Origin: Acutalibacteraceae bacterium
GTDB lineage: Bacteria > Bacillota > Clostridia > Oscillospirales > Acutalibacteraceae
Reading direction: 5' to 3'
NCBI GenBank assembly: GCA_045597925.1
Contig: JAZLLB010000200.1
Location: 13,574 to 77,573, forward strand
Length of the DNA stretch: 64,000 nt
Shown here: in pieces, positions 9,021 to 19,073 of the stretch
How positions within the stretch are numbered: the stretch's first letter is position 1
Layout: each line of letters begins with the position of its first letter
Program-made: the position numbers and the translations under genes
The notes under the pieces: generated by a model
Database searches by the model: none
What the model saw: only the letters and a program-made list of their open reading frames with translations
What the model was told of the DNA's origin: nothing

Positions 9021-10418
9021 ATGAAAGGCACGGCATTTATGATAAAATCAAAATATATCGGCAGCAGAGATTTCTATAAATATACACTTAAAATAGCTCT
9101 GCCGATTATGATACAGAATTTTATAACAAATTTTGTCAGTATGCTTGATAATCTTATGGTCGGCTCAGTCGGTACAGAGCAGATGTCCGGCGTTTCAATT
9201 GACAATCAGCTGATATTTATTTATAATCTCGCGATATTCGGAATTATCAGCGGAGCGGGTATTTTTACCGCTCAGTTTCACGGGAAAGACGACATAGACG
9301 GCATACGCTCCACATTCAGATATAAAATGATTTCCGCCGTTTTAATATGTGCCGCGGCAATCTTTGTTCTGGCGGCTTTTAAGGAGCAGCTCATATCCCT
9401 TTATCTTCATGATACAGACGCACAGGGCGATACTGCCGCAACGCTCATTTACGCACAGCAGTATATAAAAATTATTCTGTGGGGATTTCTGCCGTTTGCG
9501 GTGTCTCAGGTGTTTTCGGGTACTCTGCGTGAAACTGGCGAAACGGTAGCTCCGATGACGGCGGGATTCGTCGCTGTTTTCACCAACTGTATTTTCAATT
9601 ATATTCTTATTTTCGGAAAATTCGGCGTGCCCGTTCTCGGCGTAAGAGGCGCGGCAATCGCGACGGTTATTTCACGTTATACGGAATGTATATGCATAAT
9701 GATTTATACCTTCCGTAAGAAAAAACGCTTCAGCTATATGCAGGGAGCGTTCAGAAGTCTTTACATTCCGAAAAATCTTGCGCGGCAGATTACTCTTAAA
9801 GCAACGCCGCTTATGCTCAATGAGTTTTTCTGGTCACTCGGTATGTCGCTTCTTTCAATGGGATACAGTTTGCACGGAATAAATGTTGTGGCAGGCTCCA
9901 GCATATCGTCAACAGTCATGAATCTTTTCAACATCGCGTTTCTTTCCCTCGGCTCAAGCATAGGCATTATCGTGGGCAAGCAGCTCGGCGCGGGTAAATT
10001 TGACGAGGCGGTCGACACTGTGAGAAAAATGGTCGTTTTCTGTGTTGCAGTCAGTCTTCTTGTAAGCGTCGCGGTTTTCGCGACAGGCAACTATATTCCG
10101 CTGCTATACAAAACCAATGAGGCTTCAAAAAACTACGCGGCTTATTTTATCAGGTCCTGCGGATTCTTCCTGCCGGCGATTTCAATCGCTAACGCTTCAT
10201 ATTTCACACTGCGTTCAGGCGGCAAAACATGGATAACCGTTATTTTTGACAGTGTATTTATTATGTGCGTATCGGTTCCCACCGTCTTTTTTCTTTATAA
10301 GCTGGGGCTGAGTATATGGGTAATTTTTCCGGTAATTCAGTCACTTGATATTCTTAAAGCGGTTTTCGGAATAATTCTTCTCAGAAAACGGCTGTGGGTA
10401 AATAATATTGTAGATTAA
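9021..10418 (+). CDS. MATE family efflux transporter
   Basis: About 12 TM segments. Typical MATE N-terminus 'ALPIMIQNFITNFVSMLDNLMVG' and internal duplication. Confidence 0.9.
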   Translation: MKGTAFMIKSKYIGSRDFYKYTLKIALPIMIQNFITNFVSMLDNLMVGSVGTEQMSGVSIDNQLIFIYNLAIFGIISGAGIFTAQFHGKDDIDGIRSTFRYKMISAVLICAAAIFVLAAFKEQLISLYLHDTDAQGDTAATLIYAQQYIKIILWGFLPFAVSQVFSGTLRETGETVAPMTAGFVAVFTNCIFNYILIFGKFGVPVLGVRGAAIATVISRYTECICIMIYTFRKKKRFSYMQGAFRSLYIPKNLARQITLKATPLMLNEFFWSLGMSLLSMGYSLHGINVVAGSSISSTVMNLFNIAFLSLGSSIGIIVGKQLGAGKFDEAVDTVRKMVVFCVAVSLLVSVAVFATGNYIPLLYKTNEASKNYAAYFIRSCGFFLPAISIANASYFTLRSGGKTWITVIFDSVFIMCVSVPTVFFLYKLGLSIWVIFPVIQSLDILKAVFGIILLRKRLWVNNIVD

Positions 10419-10421
10419 AAT

Positions 10422-10456
10422 AATCCGCATATCTGAATTATGCGGGATTGCCTTAA
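10422..10456 (+). repeat. intergenic hairpin-plus-tail element, copy 2
   Basis: AATCCGCATA-TCTGAAT-TATGCGGGATTGCCTTAA. Lies between the MATE and MFS genes. Confidence 0.65.
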
Positions 10457-10469
10457 ATCGGAGCGTTCT

Positions 10470-11705
10470 ATGAAAAATTATAACAGGACAAAATACACGT
10501 GCTGGTTCTCAAATATAGCGACAGCGTCGGTTTTCAGTCTGCCGTCAATGCTGTTTGTTACGTTCCATGAAATGTACGGCATTTCATATACACTGCTCGG
10601 CACGCTGCTTCTTGTGAATTTCAGCACTCAGTTGATAATAGACCTTGTTTTCACATTTTTCTCTCAAAAATTCAATCTGAAAGCAACAATCAGAATTATG
10701 CCGCTGATTACATCGCTCGGGCTGTTTACATATGCCCTTGTGCCGTATTATTTTCCGCGGTTCGCCGTTTACGGACTTTTTGCGGGAACGGTAATTTTTT
10801 CTATTTCAGCCGGACTTTGCGAGGTTCTCGTAAGCCCGCTTATTTCCGCTCTGCCGTCAGAACGTCATGATAAAGACCTGAGTATTCTTCATTCACTTTA
10901 CGGCTGGGGCGTTGTAACGGTTGTGCTTTTAAGCTCGGCTTACTTTAAGATATTCGGAACGGGAAACTGGGTTTATCTCACTCTGTTCTGGGCATCGCTT
11001 CCGTTGATTTCATCGTTCCTTTTCTTCACCTCACCCATACCCGAAATGAATCTGACGCCATCAGGTGATGAAAAAGGAAAGCTTAAATTCAGCAAAGAAA
11101 TAATAATGTGCGCCGTGTGCATTTTTCTCGGAAGTGCTTCCGAAAATATCATGACAGACTGGATTTCAAGTTTTATGGAAAAATCTCTGCTTGTTCCGAA
11201 AGCTGCGGGAGATGTCTTAGGCATGGCGGTTTTTGCTCTGCTTCTCGCCTCAACAAGATCAGTTTACGCTAAATTCGGTAAAAATATTGTGAAAACGCTT
11301 CTTCTGGGCATGACGGGCGCGGCGGTGTGCTATATTGTCGCCGGATGTTCACCGAATGTAATCGCGGCATTTATCGCAAGTATTCTCATAGGTGTATGCA
11401 CATCTATGCTGTGGCCGGGAACGCTTATTATGATGGAGGAAAAAGTCCCGTCACCCGGCGTTGCGGCATATGCTCTTATGGCGGCATGCGGTGATTTAGG
11501 CGCGTCATTCGGGCCACAGCTTACAGGAATAATTGTTGACAGGGTTTCCGTCAGCAGCTTCGCGCAAAAGCTCGGTGTTCAGTATTTTCTCTCACCCGAA
11601 CAGATTGGATTTAAGGTAGGAATGCTGTGCGCCGCGGTGTTCCCGGTACTCGGTGCCGTGTGGGTGTTTTATATTAAAAAATCAACAGCAAAATCAAACC
11701 GTTAA
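10470..11705 (+). CDS. MFS-type transporter
   Basis: About 12 TM segments with a central loop. GGAG SD before ATG 10470; the longer start at 10440 lies inside the intergenic hairpin element. Confidence 0.75.
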   Translation: MKNYNRTKYTCWFSNIATASVFSLPSMLFVTFHEMYGISYTLLGTLLLVNFSTQLIIDLVFTFFSQKFNLKATIRIMPLITSLGLFTYALVPYYFPRFAVYGLFAGTVIFSISAGLCEVLVSPLISALPSERHDKDLSILHSLYGWGVVTVVLLSSAYFKIFGTGNWVYLTLFWASLPLISSFLFFTSPIPEMNLTPSGDEKGKLKFSKEIIMCAVCIFLGSASENIMTDWISSFMEKSLLVPKAAGDVLGMAVFALLLASTRSVYAKFGKNIVKTLLLGMTGAAVCYIVAGCSPNVIAAFIASILIGVCTSMLWPGTLIMMEEKVPSPGVAAYALMAACGDLGASFGPQLTGIIVDRVSVSSFAQKLGVQYFLSPEQIGFKVGMLCAAVFPVLGAVWVFYIKKSTAKSNR

Positions 11706-11749
11706 AGAATTACTCCCTGAAAGCATAAGTTGTTTTCGGGGAGCTTTTA

Positions 11750-13465
11750 TTATGCGAAATCGCAGCCGTATTCACGCTTTGGGTATTTCACGCCCAGTGC
11801 GGTTTTAACCTCTTTATTATTCTCAAACACAGGCGCGTTTTCACCTTCAACCAGCTTCCACTTCGCAGGTGTATAGGTGTTGCCTCTTATTACCGTACCC
11901 GCCATTGACGGACCGTCCTTTTCATAAAAATATGTTGAGCAGTTGATTTCATTTTTTATCAGATAATTGTTTTCAACAAGGCAGTCATTGTTATGGCTGT
12001 TCAGCGTTATTCCTGTGCCGTTTTTCTTAAGCACGTTATCGTGGACATAGTAGTTCGAGCTGTTGTTGTCAAGGTAAATTCCGACTTCTCTGTTGTCATG
12101 AATATAATTGTAAGCAATCTCCGAGCCTTCGCCGTCAGTACCCCATTCGTAGGTTGAACCGCAGTCATAGCTCAGAAGTGCCGAATGATACATTTCACAG
12201 CCGATAATTCTTGTCTTTTTTGCGCCCCCGTGCAGAACGTGGTATCTTCCCGTATCGCCGAGAGTACAGTTTATAACAGCGTTCCCGACACCGATTTCAT
12301 TCACGCAGCCGAAGTATGTGCCCATATAACAGACATCGTGGATATAGCAGTTTTCAATCGTATTGTTCTGCCCCGAAACATAAACTCCGTCACCCCAGGT
12401 ATCCGAAATCTCACTGTTTTTCCAGACGTTTCCCGTGCCGTTAATCTTAACTTTGTAGTAATGCTCGCCCAAATCAAAATAATTTGCGTCAACAAAGAAA
12501 TCCGCGCATTTAAGATTGACATTATCAAGCACGCAGTCTGTTCCGCCGCAGCTGACGGCGCAGCCGAAAACGTCAATATTTTTAACCGTAACATTCTTTA
12601 CGTCACCTATTCTGAGTCCGTAATCACGCACCTTGACTGAAACATCGCACTTTTCGGGATTTTTGCCGCAGGGTGCGTATAAATAAAGCATGGATTCATC
12701 ACGGTCATAGTACCATTCGCCCTCAGCGTCAAGCAAATCCAACAAACCGCTGACATAGTATTCATTCTTTTTCTGCGGAACGTAGCAGTCCATTCCCTCC
12801 GGATTGTCATCGACTGCTGACCTTATCGGCTGCTCCCATGAAAGACTCTTGCCTTTTTCGCACGAAGTAATAACTCTGCTGAAAGTTACCCAGCCTGAAC
12901 CTGCCCATATGGTAAGGTTCGCACCTGTGAGGTCAGTTTTTTTCGGGAGCTTTTTATCAACAAGATGCATACTGTCTGTACCCTCGTCAGTTTCGGCACG
13001 CTTCATATAGCACAGATTCTTCCACGAGGTATTAGGCCAGCGTGCGAGGAGCATCTGCTCATTTCCGACAAATACGCTTTTTACGTCGCCTTCAATATGT
13101 TTTCTGTAAATGTGCCCTTTGTACTTTTCCCATTTGCCGCTGATTTTTTCTCCCCCTGTGATTGTGACATGAGAATTTTCGGCGGTTTCAATCGTAAGTC
13201 CGTCAATATCAACATTCACCGTTTCGTTAAATGTACCCTGAATAATATAAATTTCATTTTTGCTGTCATTGACAAGTGTCATGGCTTTTCTGATTGTTTT
13301 AACAGGCTCGTCTTTGCTTCCCGAATAACTGTCAGAGCCGTAAATTCCGTCAACGTAAACAGCGTTAGGCTTGTCCGCGATTATTACAGGCAGTTCAGCT
13401 CCGATTCCGAAAACAGCCGCTAAAACGGCGGCGAAAATTCTTTTCAAAAACATTATAAATTTCAT
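11750..13465 (-). CDS. secreted right-handed parallel beta-helix (PbH1 repeat, pectate-lyase-fold) protein
   Basis: Repeated 'N..I.NC.I.D / YNYIHDN / NYYVHDNVLKKN / CLVENNYLIKN' beta-helix rungs. Signal peptide MKFIMFLKRIFAAVLAAVFG. Confidence 0.75.
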   Translation of the reverse strand: MKFIMFLKRIFAAVLAAVFGIGAELPVIIADKPNAVYVDGIYGSDSYSGSKDEPVKTIRKAMTLVNDSKNEIYIIQGTFNETVNVDIDGLTIETAENSHVTITGGEKISGKWEKYKGHIYRKHIEGDVKSVFVGNEQMLLARWPNTSWKNLCYMKRAETDEGTDSMHLVDKKLPKKTDLTGANLTIWAGSGWVTFSRVITSCEKGKSLSWEQPIRSAVDDNPEGMDCYVPQKKNEYYVSGLLDLLDAEGEWYYDRDESMLYLYAPCGKNPEKCDVSVKVRDYGLRIGDVKNVTVKNIDVFGCAVSCGGTDCVLDNVNLKCADFFVDANYFDLGEHYYKVKINGTGNVWKNSEISDTWGDGVYVSGQNNTIENCYIHDVCYMGTYFGCVNEIGVGNAVINCTLGDTGRYHVLHGGAKKTRIIGCEMYHSALLSYDCGSTYEWGTDGEGSEIAYNYIHDNREVGIYLDNNSSNYYVHDNVLKKNGTGITLNSHNNDCLVENNYLIKNEINCSTYFYEKDGPSMAGTVIRGNTYTPAKWKLVEGENAPVFENNKEVKTALGVKYPKREYGCDFA

Positions 13466-13567
13466 ATTATCACCCGAGTTCAATATACCATAATGCACAA
13501 ATTTTTTCAACCGGAAACTTGTATAAATAACAACGATTAAGAAAATGTTAATTTTTTCACAATCCTA

Positions 13568-13596
13568 TTGACAATTCGGATTTTCCGTACTATAAT
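13568..13596 (+). promoter_or_regulatory. consensus sigmaA promoter of the ABC transporter pair
   Basis: TTGACA at 13568-13573, 17 nt, TATAAT at 13591-13596. Confidence 0.75.
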
Positions 13597-13627
13597 CGCG
13601 GCAGATAATATCCAAAGGAGGATTATT

Positions 13628-14332
13628 ATGCTTCAGATTAACAATTTAACAAAAATATACGGCGACAAAAAGGCTGTTGATAATCTTACCCTTCACATTC
13701 AGCCGGGTGAGATTTACGGCTTTATCGGTCACAACGGAGCAGGCAAAACCACAACGCTTAAATCAGTTGTCGGTATCCTTCCGTTTGATGAGGGCAAAAT
13801 TCTTGTTGACGGTGTTTCGGTTAAGGAAAATCCTCTTGCCTGTAAAAAAATAATCTCATATATTCCCGATAACCCCGATTTATATGAGTTTATGACGGGG
13901 ATAAAATATCTCAATTTTATTGCCGATATTTTCGGTGTGCCGTCTTCCGAAAGACTTGAAAAAATAGACAGATACGCGGAAATGTTTGAAATAAAAAAAG
14001 ACCTTGCCAACTCAATTTCCTCATACTCTCACGGTATGAAGCAGAAGCTGGCGGTTATTTCTGCGCTTATTCACAGCCCTAAGCTCGTTATTATGGACGA
14101 GCCGTTTGTGGGACTTGACCCGAAAGCCGCTCATTCGCTCAAAGGCATCATGCGTGAAATCTGCAATGACGGCGGAGCTATTTTCTTTTCAACACATGTT
14201 TTAGAGGTTGCCGAAAAGCTCTGCGACAAGGTTGCGATTATCAAAAACGGCAGTCTCATAAAATGCGGTACCATGGAAGAAGTCAAAGGCGACGAAAGCC
14301 TTGAGTCCGTTTTCCTTGAACTGGAGGACTGA
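13628..14332 (+). CDS. ABC transporter ATP-binding protein
   Basis: Walker A GHNGAGKTT, signature 'YSHGMKQKL', Walker B 'LVIMDEP'. AAAGGAGG SD. The TTG at 13568 is actually the -35 box. Confidence 0.9.
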   Translation: MLQINNLTKIYGDKKAVDNLTLHIQPGEIYGFIGHNGAGKTTTLKSVVGILPFDEGKILVDGVSVKENPLACKKIISYIPDNPDLYEFMTGIKYLNFIADIFGVPSSERLEKIDRYAEMFEIKKDLANSISSYSHGMKQKLAVISALIHSPKLVIMDEPFVGLDPKAAHSLKGIMREICNDGGAIFFSTHVLEVAEKLCDKVAIIKNGSLIKCGTMEEVKGDESLESVFLELED

Positions 14333-14334
14333 TT

Positions 14335-15939
14335 ATGTTAAAAGCCTTATTGAAAAAGCAGTTTCTGGAACTGAACGCGTTCTATTTTCAAAACAGAAAA
14401 ACAGGAAAAAATCGTTCAAAATCAGGCACCGCCGTAATGGTTATTTTATTTGCATTATTATTTCTGTTGCTCGGAGTTACATTTTTCGGCACAAGCAGTA
14501 TGTTGGCCGACATACTTGTTCCAGCAGGTTTCGGCTGGCTCTATTTTTGCATGATGGGCATGCTGGCAATCGCACTGGGCACCTTCGGCAGCGTATTCAA
14601 TACATACGCGGGGCTGTATCACGCCAAGGATAACGACCTGCTTCTTTCCATGCCTGTACCGCCGTCAAAAATCCTTTTTGTGAGAATGACAGGCGTATAC
14701 GCCATGAGTCTGCTTTATTCCGCCCTTATGTGGATACCCGCGGTTATAAAATATTTTATGATTGCCTCACCCTCGGTTTTATGCGTGATTTTCTGCGTAT
14801 TGCAGACGTTTATTATCACACTTTTTGTGACAGTACTCACCTGCGCTCTCGGGTGGGTGGTCGCGCTTATTTCAACAAAATTAAAGAACAAAAGCGTTGT
14901 CACTGTTTTCACGTCGCTTCTGTTCCTTGGGCTTTATTACTTTGTTTATTTCAGAATCAATACATTTCTTCAGTCACTTGCTTCAAATGCTGAAGTTATC
15001 GGCTCAAAAATCAGAAGCGGATTTTATCCGTTCTATCTCATGGGGCTTGCCTCAACGGGCAAAGCTCTGCCCATGCTGGCGGTAACGGCAATTACAATCG
15101 CGCTTTTCGCTCTGACATATTTTATTCTTTCACGCACGTTTATTAAAATTTCAACAACAAAAACTGCCGAAAAGAAAACGGAATACAAAAGCGAACAGGT
15201 TAAAACAAACAGTGTTAAATCCGCACTTCTGCGTAAGGAGTTCAAACGCCTCACCTCAAGCTCAACTTATATGCTCAACTGCGGACTGGGCGCAATATTC
15301 GCGCTGGCTCTGCCAGTCGCTGCAATAATAAAAGCTGACAGTATCAGAGATATGCTTTATGCTTTTTCCGTGATGATGCCCGATATTGAAAAACTTTTCC
15401 CCGTTATTGCGGTAAGCGCGGTCTGCCTGCTGCTTTCAATGAATCAGTTTACCGCACCGTCAATCTCTCTCGAAGGCAAAAACATATGGGTGCTCCAGTC
15501 GCTTCCTGTTGACCCGTGTGATGTTTTCACAGCGAAAAAGAATATGCATATTATCATCAACGCTCCGTGTGCCGCGTTCGCGTCAGCCGTGCTCGGATAT
15601 ATCATCAAAGCGGATTTCACCGGTATTGTTTACATGGTGCTTCTCTCAGTTTCGTATGTTATGTTTTCCGCTTCGTTCGGACTTTTCCTCAATCTCAAGA
15701 ATCCGAATCTTACATGGACAAACGAAACGGTTCCCGTCAAGCAGAGCGCAGCGGTGGGCATCAGCCTTTTCGGCGGCTGGGCGATTTCGCTGATAATCGG
15801 CGGCGGCGGTTATCTTCTTCACGATAAAATCGACCTGACAAATTATAATTTAATCTGCGCGATTGTCTTGATTTTCGCCGCAAGGTTTATAAATAAATGG
15901 GCAGACACAAAGGGCGCGGAAATATTTAAATCATTATAA
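14335..15939 (+). CDS. multi-pass membrane protein, putative permease partner of the ABC ATPase
   Basis: Starts 2 nt after the ATPase stop. 534 aa with at least 10 hydrophobic segments. Confidence 0.7.
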   Translation: MLKALLKKQFLELNAFYFQNRKTGKNRSKSGTAVMVILFALLFLLLGVTFFGTSSMLADILVPAGFGWLYFCMMGMLAIALGTFGSVFNTYAGLYHAKDNDLLLSMPVPPSKILFVRMTGVYAMSLLYSALMWIPAVIKYFMIASPSVLCVIFCVLQTFIITLFVTVLTCALGWVVALISTKLKNKSVVTVFTSLLFLGLYYFVYFRINTFLQSLASNAEVIGSKIRSGFYPFYLMGLASTGKALPMLAVTAITIALFALTYFILSRTFIKISTTKTAEKKTEYKSEQVKTNSVKSALLRKEFKRLTSSSTYMLNCGLGAIFALALPVAAIIKADSIRDMLYAFSVMMPDIEKLFPVIAVSAVCLLLSMNQFTAPSISLEGKNIWVLQSLPVDPCDVFTAKKNMHIIINAPCAAFASAVLGYIIKADFTGIVYMVLLSVSYVMFSASFGLFLNLKNPNLTWTNETVPVKQSAAVGISLFGGWAISLIIGGGGYLLHDKIDLTNYNLICAIVLIFAARFINKWADTKGAEIFKSL

Positions 15940-15949
15940 AAAACACGAA

Positions 15950-15982
15950 CCCCGCAGGAATGAAAAACCTGCGGGGAATTTT
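15950..15982 (+). terminator. terminator after the ABC permease gene
   Basis: CCCCGCAGG / CCTGCGGGG perfect 9-bp stem, then AATTTT. Confidence 0.75.
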
Positions 15983-16054
15983 GATCCATTATGGAATTAC
16001 GCGGCATTAAGGTATGAAATATATGTAGGGGCGACCGTCCCTGCGATGTAAATA

Positions 16055-17683
16055 TTATTCTTCCGTTTCTTCCATATCCTCTTCGAAATATCCTTTATGC
16101 ACAGCATCGATTATCCACGGAAGCTGGTCAAAGGCGACAACGCCCACAGGTTCAAGCAGACCGGGGAAGAACACATCGACATCGGCGGCAAGATTATCCG
16201 CCATTGAAGACATCGGCAGCTGACTGCTCGGTTTGAAAATCACGTCTTTTCCGTTTTTATCAAATACAAATTCAATCGTTCTGCGTGCTACGGATTCAAC
16301 AGGACGCATATTTATCTGAAGTGTGTCTTCACTTGTCCACGCCGCGGTGCTGTACGCGGTGAAATTCATATTCGCAAGGCGAATCGGAGATGTTCTGTAT
16401 TTGCCGTCCATACCGCATGTGATGATATTATGCTCAAAACCCTCGTCCCATTCCATTGTACATTCATTTTCGCTGAAACGGAGCTGAACATTGTTTATGT
16501 TGCCCGCCTTATGAGCCGACATATAAACAGTCGGCAGCGGAAGCATGCTCACAGGGAAGCCTGCCGCCGAAAGAATAAGATTCTTTCTGAATTTTATATT
16601 TCTGCCTTCGATTTTTTCTTCAAGAGGACTGCGTTCTGATGTATAAACAATATCCGCAGGCGGAGCAAGACCGATTTTGTGGTCAGCTTTCGGCTCACTG
16701 TCAGGCTCAATAAACAAATCCTTTACATGACGCCACAGACAGTCGCGTGTCTTCTGCTCATCAATTTCGCCGCCGGTAAAAATAATCGAAGCGTCTCTGT
16801 CTTTAAACATGAATCCGAACTGCGAGAACATTCCGTCCATTCTCCATGCGGGTGCGCCGGCGCAGTGCCATACACAGTAGCCGTAGCCGCTCTGGCTATC
16901 GGGGAGCTTATTTGCTCTTGAATTATCGGCATGACGGCGAAGCGTCTGACATACCCATTCAGCGGGGATAACCTGTTTTCCTCTGAATTTTCCGCCGTGC
17001 TGATAGCAGTTAACGAATTTCGCGAGGTCTTCTGTTTTAATAAACAGGCCCCAGCCGCCGGCTTCAACGCCGGAGGGGGAAAGCTCCCAGTCGGGAACGT
17101 CAATTCCGAGAGGCTCAAAAAGTCTCGGTGTCAGATAAGAAACAACGCACTCACCTGTTACACGGTGAATTGCGGAGCAGAGCATATACTGGTTTTCACT
17201 GATATACTGCCAGCTGCCGTCGCAGGGAGTAAATCCCCAAGGTGATTCAAAAAACTGCTTTTCCCAGTTCGGGTCGGTTTTATCGGCATAAACGCTGATA
17301 TTTTTGCCTGCCTGCATTGAAAGCAGAGAATGAATCGTCAGCTTGTCAAGGTTCGGGTCAGGCTTTTTCGGTTTGAACTCAGGGAAAATGTCAATCAGCT
17401 TTGTGTCAACGGTAATAAGACCCTCGCTGACAGCAAAGCCTATTGCCGCAGAGGTGAATGTTTTGCTGACAGAATACATTGCGTGAGGCAATTCAGGCGA
17501 ATACGGCTCTGCCCATGACTCAAACGCAACTTTTCCTCCGCTCAAAATCATCATACTGTGAATCTCGACATTGTTTTCTTTAAAGTCATTGATAAGAGCT
17601 TCAACAGCTTTAGAAGAAACCCCGGCCTTTTCAGGGTAAGATGCTCTTCTAAGTGAAACCTTTTTCTTAACTTCGGTTGCCAT
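16055..17683 (-). CDS. beta-lactamase-fold serine hydrolase (class C/PBP4*-like) with ~190-aa C-terminal extension
   Basis: SxxK motif 'YSVSKTFTSAAIG'. No signal peptide. Confidence 0.8.
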   Translation of the reverse strand: MATEVKKKVSLRRASYPEKAGVSSKAVEALINDFKENNVEIHSMMILSGGKVAFESWAEPYSPELPHAMYSVSKTFTSAAIGFAVSEGLITVDTKLIDIFPEFKPKKPDPNLDKLTIHSLLSMQAGKNISVYADKTDPNWEKQFFESPWGFTPCDGSWQYISENQYMLCSAIHRVTGECVVSYLTPRLFEPLGIDVPDWELSPSGVEAGGWGLFIKTEDLAKFVNCYQHGGKFRGKQVIPAEWVCQTLRRHADNSRANKLPDSQSGYGYCVWHCAGAPAWRMDGMFSQFGFMFKDRDASIIFTGGEIDEQKTRDCLWRHVKDLFIEPDSEPKADHKIGLAPPADIVYTSERSPLEEKIEGRNIKFRKNLILSAAGFPVSMLPLPTVYMSAHKAGNINNVQLRFSENECTMEWDEGFEHNIITCGMDGKYRTSPIRLANMNFTAYSTAAWTSEDTLQINMRPVESVARRTIEFVFDKNGKDVIFKPSSQLPMSSMADNLAADVDVFFPGLLEPVGVVAFDQLPWIIDAVHKGYFEEDMEETEE

Positions 17684-17710
17684 TCAGATCACTCCTGTAT
17701 GTAATTTTAT

Positions 17711-17750
17711 TTGAGGCGATACCGCATAATTCAAGCGGCGCGCCTTAACT
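17711..17750. repeat. intergenic element, two half-copies in inverted orientation
   Basis: TTGAGGCGATACCGC ... GCGGCGCGCCTTAAC. Lies between the GDPD-like and beta-lactamase-fold genes. Confidence 0.5.
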
Positions 17751-18986
17751 TTTTCTGCGTTTATAAAAAAATACCTGCGCCGCAGCAACAGCGGCAAAGC
17801 AAAGTGACACCGTTATAATTCTGTCTGCAGAGAAATTCAGAACAGACTGACTTGTACTTGTTCCCTCAGAAATATTGAGCGCGCTGCGGGCGTTGACAAG
17901 TCTGGTATACGCCTGCGCCAGCTGACTTTGAGACGATACGCTTTTAATAACATTCTCTGCCTCACTGCATGCTTTGTTATATTCGTCAATAAGATTTTCG
18001 GGATACGTTCCGTTCCGGTATTCGTCGTTGTGAGCGGTCATATCCTTAAGTCTCTGCCTCAGCTTTTCCGATTCCGCAACATATTCGCTGAGAAGGTCGG
18101 GGTAATCCGTTTCGATAAAGGAATACCCGTGAGAAATCACATCGTCCCATCCGCTGACACTGTCATCACGCTTCGCACTGTATCCGTCCGTCATGGAAAA
18201 AGCCGCTGTCATCTTATTCTTTTTGATTTTATTTTCAACACTGCTGTAAAAAATAACGCCGTACTGATTTTTGCTGCCAAGCTGAACCGTGTTAATTCCT
18301 GATTCGGTGGCCTTTTTTATGATTTTATTGACGCTGAAAATAATGTTTCCGTCATATTTCAGAATGGTTTCGGGGATTTTTTCTTTTGCGCTTAACGCTG
18401 ATATCACTTCATCGGTTTTGCCGTCAATTCGGAAAATAACTCTTGTCTGAAGCGATGATGAATATACCGTGTCATATACCGCGTCAAGGTCGGAGAGGTT
18501 AAAATCAAGCACAAAAATTTTATCTTCCGCGGATATTGCAGCTTCATTCAGCGAAGGTACTTTATTATCTGTTTTTTCATTATGAGACCCTCCGTTTCTG
18601 TTGCGGAGATAAAACTTTTGAATTCCTTCAAAAGTATAGTCACTGACCTTACCGTTTACGCTCTTTCCGTTTTCGTCAACGCAGGTTCGCTCAACTGTTT
18701 CATCTTCCATAAGAACAGGTATTCCGTCTCTTGTTACTTTAATATCAATTGAAATATATTCGCTCGGGCAATTAAGAATTGCGGGCAATGAGTTTTCGGG
18801 CTGATTCTGCCAGCTGCCTTTGTCGGCGCAAATCTTTACTTCAACACCGGATTTATTTTTTGTTTCGGCATTCGAAGACAAAGCAGGCTCACCCAATGAT
18901 AATTCCGCAAAAGCAGGAACAGCGCAAAAAGACAGCAGCAGAACTGAAGATATAATAAATGAAAGAATTTTTTCTGCTTTTTTCAT
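17745..18986 (-). CDS. secreted GDPD-fold (glycerophosphodiester phosphodiesterase-like) protein with substituted catalytic histidines and a C-terminal hydrophobic/KRRKS anchor
   Basis: 'ICADKGSWQNQPENSLPAI...IDIKVTRDGIPVLMEDETVERT' aligns to the canonical 'IAHRG-x5-PENTL...DV..T.DG..V..HDETL.RT'. Signal peptide at the N-terminus. Confidence 0.65.
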   Translation of the reverse strand: MKKAEKILSFIISSVLLLSFCAVPAFAELSLGEPALSSNAETKNKSGVEVKICADKGSWQNQPENSLPAILNCPSEYISIDIKVTRDGIPVLMEDETVERTCVDENGKSVNGKVSDYTFEGIQKFYLRNRNGGSHNEKTDNKVPSLNEAAISAEDKIFVLDFNLSDLDAVYDTVYSSSLQTRVIFRIDGKTDEVISALSAKEKIPETILKYDGNIIFSVNKIIKKATESGINTVQLGSKNQYGVIFYSSVENKIKKNKMTAAFSMTDGYSAKRDDSVSGWDDVISHGYSFIETDYPDLLSEYVAESEKLRQRLKDMTAHNDEYRNGTYPENLIDEYNKACSEAENVIKSVSSQSQLAQAYTRLVNARSALNISEGTSTSQSVLNFSADRIITVSLCFAAVAAAQVFFYKRRKS

Positions 18987-19012
18987 ACAAAAAATACCTC
19001 ACAAAAAATAAA

Positions 19013-19052
19013 CAAACAAATGTTTGCATTTTTCGAACATTTGTGCTATAAT
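19013..19052 (+). promoter_or_regulatory. lexA promoter (-35 TTGCAT 19024-19029, 17-nt spacer, -10 TATAAT 19047-19052) with two SOS-box-like sites
   Basis: CAAAC-AAAT-GTTTG at 19013-19026 has perfect palindromic arms. CGAAC-ATTT-GTGC at 19034-19046 resembles the Firmicutes CGAAC-N4-GTTCG box. Confidence 0.6.
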
Positions 19053-19073
19053 GATTAAAATCCATTTGAAAGG

